This document shows positions 25,401-34,003 of a stretch of 64,000 bases of DNA, one piece after another; positions within the stretch are counted from its first letter, which is position 1; the number at the start of each line of letters is the position of its first letter. The stretch is from assembly GCA_964187785.1 (NCBI GenBank), contig OZ076418.1, positions 40,548,001 through 40,612,000 of the forward strand. Direction: 5' to 3'. Source of the DNA: Amphiscolops sp. MND2022 (taxonomy: Eukaryota). The notes below the pieces were generated by a model, which was not told the DNA's origin, ran no database searches, and worked only from the letters and a program-made list of their open reading frames with translations. Both the position numbers and the translations under genes were made by a program.

Positions 25401-25733
25401 CAAATTATCGAGGTTCGGCATTTGGTATTTATCTTTATCAATGGCTTGATTTAACGCTCTTGCATCCAACGCAATTTTTACTGAACGGTCTTTCTTCACT
25501 GTTATTACCGTTGGCTGTATAAATACGTCATCTTTGATTTCGTTAATTTTTTCTATATGGCCTTCTTTTAGTAATCGTTTTATTTCCGCATCTACCGCGT
25601 TTTGTAGTTGGATCGGGATTCGTCTCCCTTTTTGTTGCGTGATTTTTGCGTCCGGTTTTAGCTTTATTTTGATTTCATGATCTTTTATCTTCCCATTTCT
25701 TTTGAACAGTTGTGGAAAATCATTACAAAATTG
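22452..25733 (-). CDS. pol: Gypsy Pol: reverse transcriptase, RNase H, integrase and a long charged C-terminal tail; in frame with Gag-PR behind one TAG
   Basis: RT (FYGLTVMPTEFQ, FIDDILIV); RNase H (ICDASKQGLGAVL, ELELLAV, SDHKAL); integrase HHCC (HFGH..CVDC) and DDE (SLDFAGP, TDPG, GKVERMIRT). 78 open codons link 25733 to the GTG at 25499. Confidence 0.95.
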   Translation of the reverse strand, partial: QFCNDFPQLFKRNGKIKDHEIKIKLKPDAKITQQKGRRIPIQLQNAVDAEIKRLLKEGHIEKINEIKDDVFIQPTVITVKKDRSVKIALDARALNQAIDKDKYQMPNLDNLLDMVAEKLDNEEGEAWYSSVDMTYAYGQIPLHLLTAKHCNFQIIGGESTGTYRFVTGFYGLTVMPTEFQKVMDLLLAKFREVFVFIDDILIVTKGNKAEHLNKVREILKVLDKAELQLKAGKCKFAKQEIEWLGFKLTNSGISPINSKVQGITEKLRPTNLKELRSFLGAVNQFNRFVPDLATICFPFRSILKKEANWEWNEEHEKAFKRINKEVRKVAELTHFKRNKELRIICDASKQGLGAVLQQKEKEGWKPISYASRFLTELEAKYSINELELLAVVWSVEHFKNYVYGINFGVVSDHKALQSVLKSNKGNKTYSSRLTRWVDRLLPFDFNVVHEPGRTLGLADYLSRHPSEYNGSILKAEELFNNWFTINVVKEIVPTLNRKSAKENEPIRSEESFGRTKLANKSVLTIHQPTQSSVNCEQINKTPINAEMANDLVNSKISQVYVKANYENDKNIQKIIRLIKKKDSSVIARLPPPWREKFSSFSLDSQDLLYMDQRLVIPKDMRENVLRAIHFGHAGRDAMLREASDVWWPRIHREIIEKAKSCVDCQNAGKNLKCLKSQKDFGKLPEANQPNDEISLDFAGPFQNTRKQKKYLLVSVDNNSGWPDAMFLPNPTAEKVIEFLLEYIAKNGIPKRIRTDPGTVFTGDKFKAFCREKFIQHIVCPRRDHRGNGKVERMIRTVNERLRTNRNIIVQKDTTGISNILFALRSEKGADNKSAFEKQMGRTPNTLKSAMIRKCILEEDPKLQIEPEDFSEEADSTILVRERVRGTKLEGNFKKMKGKVTAESEHTITIQPKAGKTTILSKRDVAKVNEGASTSAMKQNEETSTSAQKPFKAKKAKKQKVAAAKKKPVWEEMAEREFFRGRLTSNVGEEKEEQTEPEQQEESAEVNSADESTIPANEEKEMKTTESMEEEEKIKEKKVPVKGKIKWEKVAQRSSTRTQKKPDWLGNNIMVTKIEQESSVGESLPSVYEIPPPQ

Positions 25734-27113
25734 CTAGGTTTCCGTACTTAGTTCTTCTTCTTTTTCAATTGAATTAACTTCACACTCACCTTTGTTAGCT
25801 GGGGCAATTGTATATTTCAACGTTGACAACCATTCTCTGCCGATGATCGATTTTGTACCGCTCTTTGTGACTAGAATTCTTGCCTTTTTAATGTATTGGT
25901 CCCCCACTTGTAATTCGCAGAAAACGTATCCCAGTAAGTTCAACGGCTTCCCGTTGAAGTCCACGTACCGTTCGCCTTTGATCATTTGACGCACTTGTAA
26001 TTTTTCTCTTTGCATGATCTGTTTAATTTCATCTAGCGCAAAAATGGTTACTGGCGAACCTGAGTCGATCATTGTTTTGAAGCGATTTCCGTTAATAAAC
26101 CCTTCCATGTAGTACGGTTTTACGTTTTCGCTTTGGCCATCTATATTCAAAACCAAGAAATTATCGTCATCCTCTTCTTCTTCCTGATCGACCAATCGGA
26201 CGCGGCGGTTTATTTGTTCACTACTGCCACTTGCTCTGAATCTACCACTTTGCTGTAAATTATCCTTTTTCTTTTGGTTACAAACTTTCTCCAAGTGGCC
26301 TTTTCTGCCGCAGTAATTACATGTCGCATTTGGTCCTTTACAGAATTTCAAGTGGTCCATTGTAAAATTACCGGCACCGCATCTCCAGCATTCTTTTGTG
26401 TTCTGTCGATTACCACTTATTGCACAAACTGGTTCTTCTTTGATTTTCGTCTCGTTTCCGATGTAGCCATATGTTCTCTGTCTTTTCAATCCGTCTTCAA
26501 ATGCTATGGCGAACTGTAATGCCTCTGCCGGGGTCTCTTTCGGCTCTGTGCACAGCTTCTCCTGTACCTGCTTATTTGCCATATTCAGTACAAACACATC
26601 ATACACCAAGCCTTCTGTTTGGTTACCAAAGTCACATTTGGCTGCTAATCCATTGAGGACGTTCCAGTACTGGTGTAGTGATTCCGATGGCTTCTGTTTT
26701 CGCGACAAGAAGGTATGTCTGTCCATCGTTCTGTTTCGACGTATTTGGAAACACTCGTTGCAAAATTGGAGGAATTGTTGTAGTTGGATCAGTAAGATAT
26801 TAATCTGGGGGAACTTATCCATGAGCATTTTTCTGCCCGTTTTTCCCAATGATATGTACAATAAGCTGATTACCTTTCTTGCTGCAGGGGCTTCCTCCAT
26901 GTTTCCCATCAATGCTTGGGCCCGGGGTTGTTGTTCTGCATTTCTTGTCAATTCGGAAACAGAAATTGAGTGACGGGCCAACACTGCTACCTCAAATAGT
27001 TGCAGCCATTGATCCCAGTCGTATGAAGGGGATTTTTCGGCATCTTGCCAGAAGTAACTCAGTCCAGGGACTGGGGCATTTGATTGATCATCGTCAGCTG
27101 CTCGCAGCGCCAT
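25734..27113 (-). CDS. gag: Gypsy Gag-protease (459 aa)
   Basis: Zinc knuckles CWRCGAGNFTMDHLKFC and CNYCGRKGHLEKVC; aspartic protease MIDSGSPVTIF...IIGREWL. Confidence 0.95.
   Translation of the reverse strand: MALRAADDDQSNAPVPGLSYFWQDAEKSPSYDWDQWLQLFEVAVLARHSISVSELTRNAEQQPRAQALMGNMEEAPAARKVISLLYISLGKTGRKMLMDKFPQINILLIQLQQFLQFCNECFQIRRNRTMDRHTFLSRKQKPSESLHQYWNVLNGLAAKCDFGNQTEGLVYDVFVLNMANKQVQEKLCTEPKETPAEALQFAIAFEDGLKRQRTYGYIGNETKIKEEPVCAISGNRQNTKECWRCGAGNFTMDHLKFCKGPNATCNYCGRKGHLEKVCNQKKKDNLQQSGRFRASGSSEQINRRVRLVDQEEEEDDDNFLVLNIDGQSENVKPYYMEGFINGNRFKTMIDSGSPVTIFALDEIKQIMQREKLQVRQMIKGERYVDFNGKPLNLLGYVFCELQVGDQYIKKARILVTKSGTKSIIGREWLSTLKYTIAPANKGECEVNSIEKEEELSTET
27098..27112 (-). promoter_or_regulatory. 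Primer binding site TGGCGCTGCGAGCAG (probably tRNA-Ser), zero spacer from the LTR
   Basis: Complement is CUGCUCGCAGCGCCA, a tRNA-type 3' end with G discriminator resembling eukaryotic tRNA-Ser; isoacceptor not verified. Confidence 0.8.
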
Positions 27114-27318
27114 GTAAACGTCTACGACTCAGGAGTGGAAGTAAAGAAGAATATGATAGCAACTGTAAATTCAACGGTATTCTGAATTATGGCAATTGTT
27201 GTTATTTTGCCACTTTGGCATAATTTGGCAGGTTGTTACTATGTTACGTAATAAAGTATTTCACACTATTGCTTTTCTCACATAAGCTTTAGGTTATGTA
27301 ATGTTAGCACCTACCACA
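27113..27318 (-). repeat. 5' LTR (206 bp)
   Basis: TGTGGTAGG...GTTTACA on the minus strand; followed by the TSD on the plus strand. Confidence 0.97.
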
Positions 27319-27504
27319 GAGATTGTCACTTAGTCGATAAGATTCCTTATCATTCTCAATCCCATCCATTTTCCCCAAAAAACACTTCCCTAAAAGTGTA
27401 CTTCAAAAGTGTACTTCTTACCGCCTCTACCGGAATCTACCCACGACTGTTTCGCATGAAATAAAGAGTGGTATCATTGGAGACGTCGGAGGTCAATATT
27501 TTTT

Positions 27505-27925
27505 AGTCAGCGCTTTTTGAAATAACCTAACATCAGCCAAAAATGAGAATTTTGAAACAGTCTCATAGTGCCGAAAAATCTGAAAGGGGGACCTTTTCGG
27601 ATTTTTTGACAATCATTTTGTTTCAAAATATCAATAAACTGGAAGTGAGGACCCTTTGGAGACATTACAAAATTTTTGAAAAAAGTCTCACAGTGCCGAA
27701 AAAACCGAAAGTGGGATTTAGTCTCGTCCGGTTTTGTAGGTTCCGTTAAGAAAGTGAAAAATGAAAGGGGGAACCTTTGCACTAAGTTTCCGCTGACCGG
27801 ACATGGCCTTAGTTGTTTTAGTAGTTTCTGTAAAAAGTGGATCTTTCAGTGTTAGGTCTGTGGTCTGGAGAGAAAAAGGTCGCTGTAAAAGTCGGGCAAT
27901 TTTTGCTTCGGAAAAAGCGCAGACT
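27505..27925 (-). mobile_element. Helentron/DINE-1-like family copy (diverged)
   Basis: Minus-strand AGTCTGCGCTTTTT..AAAAATTGCCCGACT hairpin; AAAGGGGGACC core; inverted AGTCAGCGC at the other end. Confidence 0.5.
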
Positions 27926-30092
27926 AAAAACACGTGGGAAGTTCAAGCAATTTGAACGAGGGTTGTGAAAAAACCAAGCCATTGAAGACATGCCGGAATT
28001 ACCATCTAATAACATGACACGGAGCAAATTTAATCTTTCCGATCTGCAACCCAGATGAAATGTAGTTATCCAGTATGGAGCAAGATTACCAATGTATGGT
28101 TCCAATTCCTTCCTCCTTGATCTTAGTGTGATATTTTTGGTTGCTTCCGTAATTTTTTCAAAAATTTCTTTAAACTAATGTCTTCCTTATGGATCACATC
28201 AGCTTTATAAATTGCAAAACAATGAAAGTTTCATATTTATTTTGGAATTCGTTTAATCCTAATAAATTCAGTACAAGTAATTTGACCGATAGTTCATTTG
28301 CCAGATAAGTCAGTAAGTGTTGTTTGAAGGTAATTTTGTTCCAGTGAACATTTCAATAAAGTTCTGAGGGTCTCATTCTGCGAAAACACAGTTAAACAGA
28401 TATATTCGCAGTGCTGAAACTGCTGGGAAGTTTTCAATGCTGCTTTCATGCATGCAAGGCTAATTTTTAACAACCCATGGAAAGTTCGGAAGCCTGCTTG
28501 GAAAATCCTTGCAGGATTAACATGCAGATTCCACTATTTGACTCAAAACTGAAAATATTGCCACGTCATCATAGTCTCGATCACTTTAGTTTGTCAACTA
28601 TTCTTACTGTGATAACTGAGACTCTGATGTGATTTATCGGTTGTTCACGGTGTTTTTAGTCGGCATATTTGAGAATGGCAAGTTTTTTCGTCAACAGTCA
28701 CTTTAATGTCGCTGTAATTGCTGTAAAGAAATGTATGAATTTCACTGAATCATCTCACTTGTCAGGCATGATGACCCAGTGGTTACAGCGTTGGCCCCGG
28801 AAGCACGAGTACAATTGTGTTTTGTTCTCAAATTGATCTACAGAAACAGCGTTTCTGGACATAGCGTTTATAGAGTAAAATAATCCAGATATAACGTCAA
28901 AAATTTGAATATAGGGCAATTTTTCCTCGTTTCTTTGTGCACTTTTACTATGTGCGGTCTGCTAGCAGGTGGAGTTTTCTATGATAGCGAAGCACGCTTT
29001 ACTGATCTATTCAGTATGAACTATGTTTATGGCGTTTCTTGATGTTAAAAATTCGAACATAACGCATGCGGTTCTCACAGTTGGTTTTGAGTGTTGTTTT
29101 TTCCCCAGAAATACTAACTGAGTTGTAGCCATTTATACCGCATATTATCACGGATGTTCGATTATTAGGCCTTCCTTATAAGGTAATAAAATTTTCTTCA
29201 GTAAAAAGTTTCCCTTAATGTCGACACTGGTAATGAGAAACCCTCAATAAAAGAATCAGAAGAGAATGTTCGAATGACCGAAAATTTTCAATCTAGAAGC
29301 TTTCATTAGTTTTCAAGGCGAATATAGCATGAAATAGTTAAGCATTCGCTTCAACAACCAAGGCAGTTATTTCGCAGAAGTCCCAACCTTGAAAAACAAA
29401 AGAGCAGCATTCAAGTATTAAAAGCAATAAATTATTCAGTTTCGCAAATATTTGAAAGAATTATAGGAAATTACAAGAGCCTACTTTTCTCCGAAACTTA
29501 TCACAACAGATTCTTATGCCAATTTGTTAAAGTGAGTCTTTGGGCGTTCCGAAAAATTTTCTCCTCCACAAATTGAAGAGACTGAGTCTTTGAAACTCAA
29601 GAACATTGAGAAAATGAAAAGAACTGAAAAGAAACAAGTCGTGTGAGAGCCGTGCTTCGTTTGAAATACATGTCGGTTGCATGTAGGTACAATCAAACTG
29701 ACAACTTGAGACTTCAATAGATCGATAAGCAGCTAGAACTTGATAGAGGTCAATTCGCGAAAATATTTTTCCTATGAATAAATATATTTGTTGAAACATC
29801 TGAATGCCTAAGAAAAGAGAAAGAGAAACATTTTGGTTCATCATCAACAATGTTAGAATGTACAGAAATCGAGCATGAGAAACAGATTAAGATGACAATT
29901 TCTTACTAGAATGGATGCTCGATTTGATCGCAAAAGATTGAGTTGTGTATCCGAAAGGAATGATACTATGTGATAATTATAAAACATATATGTCACAGGC
30001 TGCCGAAACAGTTATCAAATCCCAGCAGACGGCGACAACACAAATCCGCCGCCTGGAGTTCTACCATTATGAAGATATGGACCTAGCGTCTA

Positions 30093-30588
30093 TCCGGACA
30101 CAGCAAATTACTCAAACTACAATTTAGTACTTATTAGATGATGTTTTTTTACAGCTAAAAGTGTTTTTATGCGTTTATTCACTTGTGTTTAAAGGTGCAT
30201 ATATGATGTAATACGATTCAAAGGGCTTGTAAAAGTGATCCTTGTTAGACCATCACCGAGACAAATTAACCAATCAGAATTGAATACACTCATTTGCGCT
30301 GTAGCTCAACGGACGTTACGTCCATCACAATACTAACTTGCTTGTGACGTCACACATGAAATTTGTTGTGCTGTATTAATAATACTGCTTGTTAATTGGA
30401 CTATAAGTCCGCCTTTGATTTACCTGAATTGCAAGGAAATCCAAACCCCCCATCTGTTCCCATTGACCTAATGAAGTAAAATGACGTCATTTCACCATAA
30501 GATATCTGTGGCTATAAATAAAACAAGGTCCGGACACAGCAAATTACTCAAACTACAATTTAGTACTTATTAGATGATGTTTTTTTAC
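30093..30588 (+). repeat. Perfect 60-bp direct repeats (30093-30152, 30529-30588) flanking 376 bp of unrelated sequence
   Basis: tccggacacagcaaattactcaaactacaatttagtacttattagatgatgtttttttac occurs twice. Confidence 0.92.
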
Positions 30589-30879
30589 TATGGGTGCTTA
30601 TGTTTATAGTATCATAACCCTCAAATTTATGAATGTCATGCAGATTAGACTATACATAGTGGGCCCACTTTGATTGAGGACGAAAATATTCCTACACAAT
30701 CAAACAATATTCACCATGACAAACCGAATTATTTCAAGTTTGTTCTGCTTTACCTTGAAATCTGTTTAGTTTCTTTCTGTTTGTACCAGTACAATAGTAA
30801 TAAATTGTTCACTAAACAAAACGTTCAATGCCGTCTACTCGTAAGCAAAAGGCCAGAGAAAAGAGGTCTAGGCAGCCAG

Positions 30880-31410
30880 ACATGATGTTTGACATGGAAA
30901 ATTTTTTGTGATGCTTGAAACTTACTCTAGAAATGGTGTTGATAGACAATTAGGCGAAAATGAGGAAAACTTCGACTGAGGGTCTAACGAGCGGCAGACT
31001 AATACTAACCGAAGTGGCGATGACTTTAGGACTTTGCTCAATACCAAAAGTGTTGGAAATAGTTATATGACTTCAGAAACAGTGAGATTGATCAACAGTG
31101 AGATTACTAGCCAGGTATCTAACAAGATAAATGAATTTAATGTTGACTTAAACTTGCACATTAGAGAGACCATTGAGCAAGTTATCTTGGACCAAGTGCT
31201 ACCGACTTTTAGAGAAACTTCGGGTGAAATTGGTAACGGTGCAAGACAAAATGTGGACTTAAGTCTAGTGAGCGACACAGGAGCCCTGAGATGCATTGCA
31301 GTGAGGAAGCTTGGAAAAATATACCGCAATCGAAGAAATCAATTAGTAATCTAAATCGTCACAATATTGAGAACTCATTTGAGCCTCATAGTAGTGACGA
31401 TGATTACGAC
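30880..31410 (+). pseudogene. Decayed gag-like N-terminal fragment, homologous to 11830-12560
   Basis: GDDFRTLLNTKSVGNSYMTSETVRLINSEITSQVSNKINEF...; stops upstream; boundaries approximate; gag identity is inference. Confidence 0.5.
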
Positions 31411-32759
31411 AAGATATAAAATCAATCGGAACTTCATCTATCGTATTGTACCACTGATTTGTTATATGTTTTACCGGGACCGTAAATTGTTCTTACGGTA
31501 GTTAATTAATGTCTGGCCGTGCCAATGAGTAAAGATTTCCCTCTTTTCTTATCCATATTAATAGTCTGCTTTTTTCTTTGCTTCATTCAGACTGGCCCTG
31601 AAGAGTTTTCATGGTATTCTTCACCAATTACGGAACCAATTTCGGTTCCAAAACAATCAACTTTAATTAGTGTCTGAAACACCATAAAAACTAGTTTTCC
31701 GGAACTAAATATTATCCAAAAACACAATTTTGATCAGTAACGGTGGCTCATACTTTTTAAACTAAACGCTCTCGAAGAAATACTAAGGGCTGAACTTTTT
31801 CTTTCTTCGAATGCGATGTTCTCCAAGTTATCAGAAGACGCAAACTTCACCAGGCATTACAAATTGCAAAACAAATTTCGCTACGTGAATCAAGTCGAAA
31901 AGTAAGTTCTCACTTTCCCGCCTTTTTCATGTGTTTCAGAGCTAAAAGCACTTTCTAATCTTTTATGGATATTTTCGAACTCAGTTCATTTGTAAGCAAT
32001 GATAATTTATGTTAAAATTTTCCACTAGCTTTTTTCCTGAGATAATTAAGATTGTTAATGAGCAAGAAATGGTTGTTCTCTTGGAGATCTAAAAACATTC
32101 ATATTACCCTTAAAGAATCACCCTTTTGAAAAAAAACTATTGTTATCATTATTTTCAACCTCCTTCTGTTACCAAGAAGACGAAATAATCACAGATTGTT
32201 GCAAAAAACATTTAAATTAGTTACTTTGATTTGACATAAAAGCATAGAATAACAGTTTCTATCTCCAGAAACTCCGTTCTATTCCAATCAACCTTTATTT
32301 TTTCTGTCTTTTCTTCTGTTCTGCTTCTTCTTACGACCCAATTAAAAGTACCTTGAAACCTAAAGAAATTTAAAATCAATTCCCAATTTTGTAGTGAACA
32401 ATTTGTGTTCGCATAGCTCAAGAAAAATAATACAAAGCACGCATTTGTCTTTAGAGTGTGACAAAAGTAGTGTCACGGTCTATCAATTATCATTGCATAA
32501 CCTCTGATCATTATATCAAATTGAGCCAATACACAACATCCGTTGAAAAACTTATAGGGAGGTTATTTAAAGACTTTTTAGTTGAATAATTTAACAAATA
32601 AGGTAACAAAATGTTGCTCAAGGGAAGAGAAGTCACGAATAATAAAAACAGCGATTTTAAACTCAGACAAAATTCACCAGAAAAATGCTATTTGTGAACT
32701 CTTTCGGGTGGTAGGATTACTTCTACTACTAGGCGAATCACAAAAATGGAAGGCATGAA

Positions 32760-33450
32760 AAAAGGTTTCAAAATTTCAAATATTTGTCAGCAAGCGTTTC
32801 AAAGCATTTATGAGCACCACAATGCAGTTTCTTAATCAATCAAATTGACAGTTTTTTGTCGAAGCGAAAAATTGCACGCATCTATAGTGAGAACTAATGG
32901 ACTGGTAAGGACGTCTAGACGTTATCTGAAGGCTCGAAGCATTCTTTGTCGAAGACTGAAAACGAAACGCATTGAGAGCACCATATTGAATGATTGACAG
33001 AAAAAAAATGAAAATGTATGTACTTTGTTTACAAGTATCACTATTTTTGAAAGCGAAATTATTGTGCGTTCAATTTTTTGGTTCACTTAGTATGCATTTA
33101 AAGTTCTTCAACCTTCATGGTGATACTACTAGGTGAACCATAAAAAACGTAACGCACAAAATATTCAGTCTTCAAAATCGTAATATTTGTAAACAAGACA
33201 CTGATAATCTTTCACTTTCTCTGCCAATCATCCTCTCACCACGTAAGGAAGTCGTCAACAAAAAATTTTTAGATGTCTTTACCAGTAATTTCGTTCAGAT
33301 TTCTGATCTGTGAAATTTCTTTCTCTTCGAAGGAAAGTTGCCAAATTGAATGATTGACAAGCTGGATTGCAATGTTCAGAGCTGTTTTGAAACTATTCTT
33401 GACGAATATTTGATGAAACTTTGAGGGCTCAAACATTTTCATACGTTCCT
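32760..33450. repeat. Old inverted arrangement of two copies of a dispersed repeat (another copy at about 52030-52380)
   Basis: tgtgcgttcaattttttggttcacttagta (about 33063-33092) versus tactaggtgaaccataaaaaacgtaacgcaca (about 33127-33158); ctggtaa/ttaccag and aaatatttg motifs are mirrored further out. Confidence 0.55.
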
Positions 33451-34003
33451 TGTGTCCATAGTATCACCTAATATAATGTTAATCTATAAGTGAAAACTTC
33501 TTTGGATTTATTGTTTAAAAAATGGAATTTTCCATCAATTCAATATTTTTGTGTTGTCCTTGATATGCCTGCAAGAACAAAGATTTTGTTCTACCACAAC
33601 TGTCAGTGACTTGTGGAACTATTTTTTTCGCGTTTCTGAAGTTTATTTTGCATAAACATTTTTTTTGTTCATGTACTGTTATTGAGCAAATTCTAAATTT
33701 TCAAAAAAAAATCCAAAATTTGCTTTGATCAGAAATACGCTGGAGAAAAGAACATAAAGTAGTCTGTATCTTTCGTTTTGAACAAAATTATCGTTACTAG
33801 CAGGTCATCCTGTCCTTGCAACTAGAAAAATGATAGTCGAGAACGATCTCACAGATGGGAGCCTGATTAACCGTTAAATCCTTGCAGCCTTGAAAATTTT
33901 CAGGACGTTATACTGATCACCATATCAAATTGGAAACGAGTAGTTAAACTTGACAGCATTAATGCCGTGAAATTCAATAAGTCGTTTCCAATTTGATATG
34001 GTA

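Larger units (their letters stand above)
21924..27318 (-). mobile_element. Full-length, young Ty3/Gypsy LTR retrotransposon (5395 bp)
   Basis: 206-bp LTRs TG...CA at 21924-22129 and 27113-27318 with one mismatch; 5-bp TSD GAGAT (21919-21923, 27319-27323); PBS; PPT; gag-PR-RT-RH-IN order. Confidence 0.98.

Noticed and set aside
29100-29900. Coding-like purine-rich stretch
   Set aside because: No continuous frame or recognisable motif.
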